A stretch of 24,000 nucleotides of DNA from the NCBI GenBank assembly GCA_003562335.1, contig PWVE01000210.1, positions 9,099-33,098 on the forward strand, in the 5' to 3' direction. The notes below the pieces were generated by a model. The model made no database searches. It saw only the letters and a list, made by a program, of their open reading frames with translations, and was not told where the DNA came from. How positions within the stretch are numbered: the first letter of the stretch is position 1; every line of letters begins with the position of its first letter. The stretch is from PVC group bacterium. Its GTDB lineage: Bacteria; Verrucomicrobiota; Kiritimatiellia; SLAD01. This document shows positions 6,270 through 13,627 of this stretch, piece by piece. Both the position numbers and the translations under genes were made by a program.

Positions 6270-7691
6270 ATGACCAATGGCCCGATTACCCTGACCCATG
6301 ACGCGCTGCAGCAATTCGTGCAAATGCCGACGAATAAGCGCGTGCATCTACTGGGTGTGGGCGGGGTGGGGATGTCCGGCCTGGCCGCCTTCCTGCAGGC
6401 GCGCGGATTTACCGTGGACGGTTGCGATTTGCTAACGAACCGCTACACGGCGTGGCTCGAGACTCAAGGGATCCGCGTCCTAAACGGTCATGACCCGGCC
6501 CATCTGGAGCCCGCGCCAGACTGGTGTGTGCGCAGTACGGCGGTTCCCTTAACCAATCCAGAGTGTGAGGCGGCGCAGGCGCATGGCATCCCGCTGGCAC
6601 AGCGCGGAGCCGTGCTGGCGGCCCTGCTACGCTCGGAATATGCGGTGGCGGTGAGCGGGACTCACGGCAAAACCACCACCACCGCCCTGACGGCCCATGC
6701 CGTGCGCGCGGCCTGTGGCGATCCGACTTTTTTCGTGGGTGGCGACTGGGAAGCGCCGGGCCGTGTGTTCGCGCGGGGGACGTACCCGGTGACCATAGCG
6801 GAGGCGGACGAAAGTGACGGTACACTGGCGCACTACCATCCGGCCATCATGGTCCTGACCGGAATCGACTTTGATCACATGGAGCATTTCGCCGACGAAA
6901 CTACGTTTGTCGAGGTCTTTGCGACCGTGCTCCGCCAGACGAAGGAACGGGTCATCTATTGCCGGGACGATCCCCGCTTGTGCGCACTGGTGGCGCAGCG
7001 ACCCGACGTAGGCATTTCGTATGGTCTGCATCCGGAAGCCCAGTGGGGCGCGACGGATTGTGTGGTGGCGGGGCATACCACGACCTTTACACTGCTGCGG
7101 GCGGGCGAGGCCCTGGGCCGTTACACGTTGTCGTTGCCGGGCGTGCATAATGTGCAGAACGCGTTGGCGGCGCTGTGTGTGGTGGATCAGTTGCAGGGGG
7201 ATGTCATGCGCGCGGCGGATGCGCTGCGCACGTTTCAACCGGTACGCCGCCGGTTTGAACGGGTAGGGCATTGGCAGCGGGTGCCGGTTTATTCCGATTA
7301 CGCGCATCATCCCACGGAAATCAAGGCGTTGCTGGAGGCGGCGCGTGGGTTGGGGCATCGTCGGATACTTGCGATTTTCCAGCCACACCGTTACACTCGC
7401 ACCCGCGCGCTGGGTGCACAGTTTCCGGCGGCCTTTGCGGCGGCGGATTGGGTCGTGCTCACCCCGGTATACGCCGCCTCGGAGTCCCCGTTGCCGGGCG
7501 GTACCACCGAGGACTTGGCCCAATGGTTTGAGCAGACCCCGGACCACCCGGCCTATGAATGCGCGCCTGATCTGGAAGCCGCGTGGCAGCGGTTTACGGA
7601 GGAAGCGCGGCCCGGCGATGTCCTGCTGCTGGTGGGCGCCGGTGATATTGAACAATTGGTGGAAAAGACAGCACCCGATGACACAAACTAA
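6270..7691 (+). CDS. murC: UDP-N-acetylmuramate--L-alanine ligase
   Basis: HLLGVGGVGMSGLAAFLQARGFTVDGCD, the ATP-binding motif VSGTHGKTTTTAL, the DESDG-type EADESDGT motif and a Mur ligase C-terminal domain. An internal ATG at 6324 is an alternative start. Confidence 0.9.
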   Translation: MTNGPITLTHDALQQFVQMPTNKRVHLLGVGGVGMSGLAAFLQARGFTVDGCDLLTNRYTAWLETQGIRVLNGHDPAHLEPAPDWCVRSTAVPLTNPECEAAQAHGIPLAQRGAVLAALLRSEYAVAVSGTHGKTTTTALTAHAVRAACGDPTFFVGGDWEAPGRVFARGTYPVTIAEADESDGTLAHYHPAIMVLTGIDFDHMEHFADETTFVEVFATVLRQTKERVIYCRDDPRLCALVAQRPDVGISYGLHPEAQWGATDCVVAGHTTTFTLLRAGEALGRYTLSLPGVHNVQNALAALCVVDQLQGDVMRAADALRTFQPVRRRFERVGHWQRVPVYSDYAHHPTEIKALLEAARGLGHRRILAIFQPHRYTRTRALGAQFPAAFAAADWVVLTPVYAASESPLPGGTTEDLAQWFEQTPDHPAYECAPDLEAAWQRFTEEARPGDVLLLVGAGDIEQLVEKTAPDDTN

Positions 7692-8619
7692 ACCTGCAAC
7701 CATAGACACGACAGACGTGGATACCGGCGCACGCCGGTTTCGGCGTGTGGCGGTGTTGAAGGGGGGCGCTTCGGCTGAGCGCGAGGTGTCGTTGGCGTCC
7801 GGCGCGGCGATAGCGGAGGCGTTGCGCGCGGCGGGCTATCACGTGGACGAGGTCGACGTGACCGGCACCGATCTCCGGCTGGCCCCGGAAGTGGAGGCGG
7901 TGTTTATTGCCTTGCACGGCACTTTTGGGGAAGACGGTACGGTGCAGGCCATGTTGCAGGGGCGCGGCCTGCCGTATACGGGATCGAACGCGGCGGTGAG
8001 CCGGTTGACGTTCGACAAGTGGGCCACCAAGCAGGTGCTGGTTGAACACGAGCTGCCGACGCCAACCTATGAGGTCGTCACGGCACCGGGCCCGTGTCCG
8101 CTGCCCTTGCCGGTGGTGGTTAAACCGGCCCGCCAAGGTTCCAGCGTTGGTATCCACCGGGTATTTGAGGTGTCCGATTGGTCGGCGGCCTTGGCCGACG
8201 CGCTACAGTATGATGCGCATGTCCTGGTGGAAGCCTATATCGACGGACGCGAGTTGACCGTTGGTTGGGTAGCGGGCACGCTATTACCGGTGCTGGAAAT
8301 TCGGCCGGTTGGCGGTTACTACGATTACCAAGCTAAATATGAGCGTGACGATACGGAGTATATTGTGCCTGCCCCCGTGTCGCCGGCTTGCGCGCAGCAG
8401 GCCCAGACCCTGGCGGCGCGCGCGATTGAGGCCTTGGGTTGTACCGGGATGGCCCGCGTCGATTTTAGAATGAATAATGCGGGCGACTTGTATATACTGG
8501 AGGTCAACACCATTCCTGGATTCACGGCGCATAGCTTGTTGCCGAAAGCGGCGCAGGCAGCGGGCATTGATTTTGTGGCCTTATGCGACCGGATCATGGC
8601 GGGTGCGGAGAACCATTGA
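7678..8619 (+). CDS. ddl: D-alanine--D-alanine ligase
   Basis: RVAVLKGGASAEREVSLASGAAIAEAL, FIALHGTFGEDGTVQAMLQ, VVKPARQGSSVGI, ARVDFR....LYILEVNTIPG. Start is moved to ATG 7678, which overlaps the murC end by 14 nt. The track ORF from 7345 is an out-of-context upstream extension through murC. Confidence 0.9.
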   Translation: MTQTKPATIDTTDVDTGARRFRRVAVLKGGASAEREVSLASGAAIAEALRAAGYHVDEVDVTGTDLRLAPEVEAVFIALHGTFGEDGTVQAMLQGRGLPYTGSNAAVSRLTFDKWATKQVLVEHELPTPTYEVVTAPGPCPLPLPVVVKPARQGSSVGIHRVFEVSDWSAALADALQYDAHVLVEAYIDGRELTVGWVAGTLLPVLEIRPVGGYYDYQAKYERDDTEYIVPAPVSPACAQQAQTLAARAIEALGCTGMARVDFRMNNAGDLYILEVNTIPGFTAHSLLPKAAQAAGIDFVALCDRIMAGAENH

Positions 8620-8638
8620 GTAAAGGATCAATTATTCC

Positions 8639-9511
8639 ATGTGGACGGACGGCTTAATTAAAGATACGCGCAAGCAGCGCGGGCGACGCAAGACCCGGCG
8701 TCGCAACGCCAAGACGTTTACCATTCAGGCCCGCGCCCGCGAAAAGCAGGCGGAACGGAAGCGGGTATGGTTAGTCGGGGTGCTATTGCTGGTGATTGTG
8801 GTGGGGTTTGGCTGGTTGCTCCAGCACGGGTTGTCGGTGGCCGGCCGCCATTTCTTCACGGAAAACGAGCGGTACCAGGTTCAGGTATGGGACTTGCGTT
8901 CCAACGGTCCGTTGCTCACGGCTACGCATATTCGTGAATATGCGCAGTTGACCGACGACGAAAATCTGTTTGCGCTCAACTTGCGGATGATTCGCGACCG
9001 GCTGGAAAGCGTGCCGGTGATCCGGTCGGCGGAGGTCCGGCGGGAGCTGCCGCAGACGTTGGTCGTGCGTGTGGATGAGCGGCTGGCCTTGGCCCAGATT
9101 GGGTCAAGCGAGCGGTTTGCGCTGGCCACGGACCGGGAAGGCGTGGTGTTGGGACCGGGTTCGGTACGCCCGAACCTGCCGGTGATTGTCGGATTGCGGC
9201 AACCCGGCGTACGCCCGGGCATGCGGGTGACGGACCCGGCATTCCTGGATGCCTTGCGCTTGTTGGAAATCTGCGCGCGCCCGCAGGTGCGCGCGCATAT
9301 TCGTGTGCGGTCGGTGAACGTACAGGACGCCGAGAATCTGGTCGTTCGTCTTGAGGGCGGGGAGCAGGTGCGCATTGCGCGTGCGCATTTAGAATCGCGA
9401 TTGGCGGAATTGGTAGGCATTATGCAGGATCAACAGGGCCGGGGACGGACGGCAGCGGTCATCAATATGACGGGCGACGGCCAAATCCCCCCGGTCGTCC
9501 AGTATCCTTGA
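8639..9511 (+). CDS. ftsQ: Cell division protein FtsQ (basic N-tail, one TM helix, POTRA domain)
   Basis: TM segment VWLVGVLLLVIVVGFGWLL, then a POTRA-like LFALNLRMIRDRLESVPVIRSAEVRRELPQTLVVRVDER. It sits between ddl and ftsA. Confidence 0.8.
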   Translation: MWTDGLIKDTRKQRGRRKTRRRNAKTFTIQARAREKQAERKRVWLVGVLLLVIVVGFGWLLQHGLSVAGRHFFTENERYQVQVWDLRSNGPLLTATHIREYAQLTDDENLFALNLRMIRDRLESVPVIRSAEVRRELPQTLVVRVDERLALAQIGSSERFALATDREGVVLGPGSVRPNLPVIVGLRQPGVRPGMRVTDPAFLDALRLLEICARPQVRAHIRVRSVNVQDAENLVVRLEGGEQVRIARAHLESRLAELVGIMQDQQGRGRTAAVINMTGDGQIPPVVQYP

Positions 9512-9530
9512 AGGCGGAGTTGAAACGGTT

Positions 9531-10730
9531 ATGGCGAATGATCCGGTAGTGGCGTTGGAGATTGGGACCGCCAAGGTGCGTGTACTGATAGGCGAGGAGC
9601 GCGAAGACGACTACATCATGATTACGGGTGTGGGGGAATGTGCTTCGCGGGGCGTGCGCAAAGGGGAAATCACGGATTTTGACCACGCGCTGGCGGCCGT
9701 GGAGCAGGCCCTGAAAGAGGCGGAAGACCAGAGCAAGGTATCCATCAACGAAGTGCAGGTCGCGCTTTCCGGCAGTCATATCCAGGCCGCATCCACCCGC
9801 GGCACGACCCCGATCATCGCGCCGGACGGCGAGATCACGCGCGAGCATATGGACGCCGTCATGGAGGCGGCCCGCGCGATTAATTTGCCGGTTGACCGGC
9901 ATGTGCTGCACTCCATTCATCAGCAATTCTTTGTCGATGACCAGGAAGGGGTGATGAATCCCGAAGGCATGGTGGGCGCGAAATTATCGGTCTCCATGTT
10001 GGTTGTCCACGGGGTGCGCAACCGGATCATGAACGTGCTGAAGGTCCCGCGCAGCGCCGGAGTGGAGCATGTGGAGTATGTCTTTGGCGGGTTGTGTGCG
10101 GCACTGGCTGTGTTGACGCCGGAGCAGAAAGAGAGCGGTTGTGTGGTAATTGATTTGGGGGCGGGCACCACCGATTATGTGGTGTACGCCAATCGGTCCA
10201 TTGCGTTGGCGGGCTCGCTGGGCGTGGGTGGCGACCATCTCACCAACGATTTGGCGATGGTGCTGCGTATTCCGACGTCGTTGGCGGAGCGCGTGAAGTG
10301 CGATTGCGGCGTGCATCCGCCCGATACGGCGCCACCGGACAAACCGGTCCCGCTGCCGCCTACCAGCGGCTTTCCCGGCAGGACCTTGCGGTTAACGGAT
10401 ATCAACGCCATCATGGATGCCCGTTTGGACGAAACGCTGGGGCTGATCCTGCAGGAATTGCAGCGTAACAATTTACACAATCGCATGGGCGCGGGTGTGG
10501 TGCTGACCGGGGGCGGCGCTTATCTCGGCGGTTTGGACGAGTTCGTGGCCCAAAAGTTTCAAATGCCCTGCACAATCGGTCGACCTCGCAATGTCAGCGG
10601 TATCGCCACCACCAGCGAAGGGCCCGAATATGCCGTGACGGTCGGGTTATTGCGGTATGGCTTGCGCACAGAGGGCGATCACGACCGGGGCGGTTGGCGT
10701 AACATGCTGGGTAGATTTTTCCGACGATAG
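9531..10730 (+). CDS. ftsA: Cell division protein FtsA
   Basis: Actin-fold motifs VVALEIGTAKVRVLIGE, VIDLGAGTTDYVVY and GVVLTGGGAYLGGL. The C-terminal amphipathic tail is WRNMLGRFFRR. Confidence 0.9.
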   Translation: MANDPVVALEIGTAKVRVLIGEEREDDYIMITGVGECASRGVRKGEITDFDHALAAVEQALKEAEDQSKVSINEVQVALSGSHIQAASTRGTTPIIAPDGEITREHMDAVMEAARAINLPVDRHVLHSIHQQFFVDDQEGVMNPEGMVGAKLSVSMLVVHGVRNRIMNVLKVPRSAGVEHVEYVFGGLCAALAVLTPEQKESGCVVIDLGAGTTDYVVYANRSIALAGSLGVGGDHLTNDLAMVLRIPTSLAERVKCDCGVHPPDTAPPDKPVPLPPTSGFPGRTLRLTDINAIMDARLDETLGLILQELQRNNLHNRMGAGVVLTGGGAYLGGLDEFVAQKFQMPCTIGRPRNVSGIATTSEGPEYAVTVGLLRYGLRTEGDHDRGGWRNMLGRFFRR

Positions 10731-10752
10731 GGGGCATACGTTGGCTGAACCA

Positions 10753-11985
10753 ATGCAATTAGAAAACAAGTCCGCCGTGGCCACGCCGTTACGTGCGCCG
10801 CGCATCGCCTTTGTCGGCGTTGGTGGGATGGGCGTCAATACCGTGGGGGCACTGGATGCGACCGTGTCGCGCTTCGCGCGCCGGGTGGTGGTGGATTCCG
10901 ATCACGCCACGCTGCGGGCCTCGCCCGTATCCCATACGCTGCAAATCGGCACCGCCCTGACCGGGGGCCAGAGTACCGGTGGTCTGATGGATATTGGGCG
11001 GCGTTGCGCCAACACCGATTTTCTGAAGATCAGGGACAGTCTACTAAACACCGATGTGGCCGTGTTGCTGGTCGGCCTCGGCGGTGGTTTGGGATCAGGC
11101 GCAGCCCCGATGATTGCCCAGACGGCGCGTGACGAGGGCATTATGGTGATCAGCGTCGTGGCGCTGCCGTTTGCCTTTGAAGGTGCAGCACGTGCTCAAC
11201 AAGCCGATACAGCTTTAGTGGCACTGCGTGCTCACAGTGATGCGGTGATCACGGTGCCTAACGACCATTTACTGGTTGAAGATGAAACCGAGGCCCCTTT
11301 GGAGGAGGCGTTTAAGAAAGGGGCGGAACAATTGGGCCAAGGATTCCGCGCGCTGTGGCAATTGCTCGGCCAGCGTACCCTGATCAATCTCGATTTCAGT
11401 CATCTCAAACAGGCGCTGACGGCAAATGGCGGCGTGAGCACTATGATTTTTGCCGAAGGCGGCGGCTCGGGCAAAGTGAAGCTCGTCATGAACCGGATTC
11501 AGACCCACCCGGCCGTGGCCCGCGACAATGCGTTGGCCCAGGCACCGGGCCTGTTGCTGGGCGTGCTGGGTGGCGAGGATTTGACGGTGATGGACGTGCA
11601 AGAAGTGGTACTGGATATCGTTGGACAGCTGCCGGAGGGCGCGGCGCATGTGCTGGGCGTGGGGATTGATCCCGCGCTGCGGAACCGGATAACCGTCGTG
11701 GCCTTGGCTGGTCAAGAAGCGGCGGATGTGGACACCGCAGCAGACGCGGGAATGGCCGCTGCAGCCGGGGAAACGACGTCCACTGCACCGCCCAAAGCCG
11801 AGCGGATTCCGCGCAAACTGGTCACCGCCAAGCCTGCCCCGACCACCCGCAAAGTCGAGCAGGAAGAGTTACCGCTCAGTGCCGTGTCGAAAGGGCGGTT
11901 TCGCGATGTCGAACCCACGCTGTATCAGGGCGAAGATCTCGACCTGCCCACCTTCATCCGGCGCGGCCAACGCCTGTCGAACTGA
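10753..11985 (+). CDS. ftsZ: Cell division protein FtsZ (divergent GTPase motifs, canonical C-terminal FtsA-binding peptide)
   Basis: RIAFVGVGGMGVNTV, VGLGGGLGSGAAPMIAQ, LPFAFEG, VPNDHLL, INLDFSHL and the C-terminal DLDLPTFIRRG. It lies directly after ftsA. Start is placed at ATG 10753 (MQLENK...); the track ORF from 10657 overlaps the ftsA end. Confidence 0.85.
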   Translation: MQLENKSAVATPLRAPRIAFVGVGGMGVNTVGALDATVSRFARRVVVDSDHATLRASPVSHTLQIGTALTGGQSTGGLMDIGRRCANTDFLKIRDSLLNTDVAVLLVGLGGGLGSGAAPMIAQTARDEGIMVISVVALPFAFEGAARAQQADTALVALRAHSDAVITVPNDHLLVEDETEAPLEEAFKKGAEQLGQGFRALWQLLGQRTLINLDFSHLKQALTANGGVSTMIFAEGGGSGKVKLVMNRIQTHPAVARDNALAQAPGLLLGVLGGEDLTVMDVQEVVLDIVGQLPEGAAHVLGVGIDPALRNRITVVALAGQEAADVDTAADAGMAAAAGETTSTAPPKAERIPRKLVTAKPAPTTRKVEQEELPLSAVSKGRFRDVEPTLYQGEDLDLPTFIRRGQRLSN

Positions 11986-12141
11986 GCCCTAGCGTTTGAT
12001 TCCCGTGCGGCATAGATCAGCTTGAACTATACCGTCAAGCGATTCGGTGAGCGCCCATTCGGCACATATGATTGAGTTGCCGCAGTCCAGGCAAAATGGT
12101 ACTTTGACGTGGTGAATAGAACACAGACAATCACGCGCCGT

Positions 12142-12303
12142 ATGGCGGAAACTCGGGCTTATGAAGTTATTCCCGGAACACCGGCCGAACGCATCGGCCT
12201 AGTCTGGCCGCTGACTCGCGAAGTCGTTTCATTGAGTAAGCGTCACGATGCTGAACGAAGACTACAGAGACATGTTGCAGGCGTTGGTCGACGAGAAGGT
12301 TAG
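12142..12303 (+). CDS. Small hypothetical protein overlapping the start of the nucleotidyltransferase gene
   Basis: MAETRAYEVIPGTPAERIGLVWPLTREVVSLSKRHDAERRLQRHVAGVGRREG. The track start GTG 12109 is an alternative. The last 56 nt overlap the next CDS in another frame. Coding status is uncertain. Confidence 0.35.
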   Translation: MAETRAYEVIPGTPAERIGLVWPLTREVVSLSKRHDAERRLQRHVAGVGRREG

Positions 12304-12730
12304 ATTCCTGCTTGTCGGCGCTTACGCACTTGCTGCTCACGGATATCCACGCGCGACGATGGATATCGACATATGGGCCATGCCTGCACCCGAAAATGCC
12401 GACGCCCTGATGCGTGCCATAGAGCGTTTTGGCTCGCCTCTACACAACCTGACCAAGGCGGACCTGGAAAGGGACGGCACCGTCTTTCAAATCGGTGTTG
12501 CGCCACGACGAATCGACATCATAACATCGGCGTCTGGCCTCCGCTTCGAGGATGCCTTTGCGCGTTCATCGGTCGTAGTCATTGAGGGGATCAAGGTTCA
12601 TATTCCGTCGGTCGACGATCTCATTTGCAACAAGCGGACAGCGGGACGAACCAAGGACATGGCAGATGCGGAAGCCTTGGAAACGTTGAAAGTATCAGAA
12701 GCCAAGCGAAAAAACACCGCAAAGGCTTAG
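12248..12730 (+). CDS. Nucleotidyltransferase-fold protein (DUF6036-like, MNT-type minimal NTase)
   Basis: DYRDMLQALVDEKVRFLLVGAYALAAHGYPRATMDIDIW...FQIG..PRRIDIIT...F........I.G..V...S.DDLI.NKRTAGRTKDMADAEAL. This is the pattern of small stand-alone NTases of the DUF6036 type, recalled from memory. Confidence 0.7.
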   Translation: MLNEDYRDMLQALVDEKVRFLLVGAYALAAHGYPRATMDIDIWAMPAPENADALMRAIERFGSPLHNLTKADLERDGTVFQIGVAPRRIDIITSASGLRFEDAFARSSVVVIEGIKVHIPSVDDLICNKRTAGRTKDMADAEALETLKVSEAKRKNTAKA

Positions 12731-12948
12731 CTCACTTCTAATAGGCGAACCACCAAAAGCATGTGTGTGGAGGCTGTTATTGATTATGAAGGGACTTTGC
12801 CATGTCGAGCTTGCCGAGACATCTCCGAATCGCGCCAGCCACCGTCGCGTTGGGAACGGATTCGAAGGCGTTATCGTCGCCCGCTATCGTAATCCGCTTT
12901 TTCGGCCGCCTCTCCGCTTGTTCTCCGCGTATTCCTGTTCATTTCGGT

Positions 12949-13158
12949 CGACGCGAACGGCGACGCGAACGGTTAACGAGTAGTGGTGCATACTGACTAC
13001 TGATTACTGACTACCTTCTTCTCCCTGAAACCTGAACACTGACACCTGAAGGGAACATCCAACAGCCAACAAGGAACAGCCAACCGGGGACTACGTGTGG
13101 ACGGACTAGGTGTATGGGGACTACGTGTAGTAGGACGATGTGTGGATGGACTAGGTGT
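12949..13158. repeat. 210-bp block built entirely of consecutive, unrelated short tandem repeats
   Basis: CGACGCGAACGG x2 (12949-12972). TACTGAN heptamer x3.5 (12991-13015). CCTGAA-type units x4 (13024-13051). AACAGCCAAC x2 (13061-13084). Then a 15-mer x5 array (13084-13158). The first half is G-poor and the second half is C-poor on the plus strand. Stop codons occur in all frames. Confidence 0.9.
13084..13158. repeat. Five tandem degenerate 15-bp direct repeats (consensus nnnnGGACTAsGTGT)
   Basis: Units are ccGGGGACTACGTGT, GGACGGACTAGGTGT, ATGGGGACTACGTGT, AGTAGGACGATGTGT and GGATGGACTAGGTGT. They are contiguous with no spacers. Confidence 0.9.
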
Positions 13159-13326
13159 TTAAGCTGGGCGTGCACTTATGGGGGACGATTGGTGCTTCGC
13201 TCTGCTCGTGGCCCGTAATCGTCGCGCGTAATCGGCGCCCGATTCCCATTTCATAGTTTTCATAAAACTTTTGACAGTTCCCGCCAGAGTCTCGTCCTCC
13301 CGGTGCTGGGCCCACCAAAGCGGCAA

Positions 13327-13495
13327 GGTAGGGCGAGCTCACCGAGCGAGCCGCCGAGCTTGACTGGTCTATGATCCGGGCAAACACGGAACAGTGTCCT
13401 GCGCTTGCTCCCGGCTCGGTGGGGTCACCTCGCCCTACCGGTGATAGGTCCGACCGATGCGTGGGAGGGCGAGCGTCCCCGCGAGTCGCCGAGCG
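13327..13495. repeat. Three copies of a ~32-bp GC-rich REP-like repeat (core GGGCGAGC...GCCGAGC); copies 1 and 2 are inverted
   Basis: Copy 1 is GGTAGGGCGAGCTCACCGAGCGAGCCGCCGAGC (13327-13359). Copy 2 is inverted (13407-13439), with a perfect 11-bp match GGTAGGGCGAG/CTCGCCCTACC and imperfect extension of the arms. Copy 3 is direct: GGAGGGCGAGCGTCCCCGCGAGTCGCCGAGCG (13464-13495). Confidence 0.6.
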
Positions 13496-13627
13496 TGGTA
13501 AGGATAGAGAATAGATCATGCTCTGATCCCAGGTCCCGCTCATGATCTGCGGCTCAACGGGATTCATGCTCCGCCCCGCGGGCTACGCCGGGCAAGCGCC
13601 GAGGCAATTCTGATCAACGCGCCGTTC

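Noticed and set aside
7345-7677. N-terminal extensions suggested by the ORF track: ddl from 7345, ftsZ from 10657, mscS from 14869, Ldt from 16848, rhomboid from 17495, ExbB from 20975, ORF6N from 4033.
   Set aside because: The extensions overlap the preceding gene in another frame and translate to low-complexity sequence. Internal starts with Shine-Dalgarno-like sites or start/stop overlaps give N-termini typical of each family.
6627-7709. Long antisense ORFs opposite well-supported genes: 6627-7709 (-) opposite murC, 18703-19965 (-) opposite the TPR gene, 17480-18346 (-) opposite the rhomboid gene, 15162-15800 (+) opposite accA, 2820-3521 and 3528-4268 (-) opposite res, and many shorter ones.
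   Set aside because: These are typical shadow ORFs of a high-GC genome. Their products are Arg/Pro/Gly-rich low-complexity sequences with no motifs, while the opposite strand carries clear family signatures.
11986-12108. Possible terminator after ftsZ (GCTTGA-actataccg-TCAAGC at about 12018-12038).
   Set aside because: The stem is only 6 bp, has low GC and no downstream T-run. That is not enough evidence to annotate it.
13084-13158. Possible CRISPR array, or an iteron origin with DnaA boxes (TGTGGAT/TGTGGAC occur at two repeat junctions).
   Set aside because: The repeats are contiguous with no spacers and are only 15 bp, so this is not a CRISPR. The DnaA-box resemblance is only 6-7 of 9 positions in 2 of 5 units, with no dnaA, rep or par gene nearby. 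It is kept only as a weak hypothesis within the tandem-repeat finding.
13151-13567. 138-aa minus-strand ORF, plus the plus-strand ORFs 12765-12983 and 12802-12996, in the convergent gap.
   Set aside because: They run through the REP-like inverted repeats and tandem repeats, have no recognisable motifs or ribosome-binding sites, and are most simply explained as open frames in GC-rich repeat DNA.
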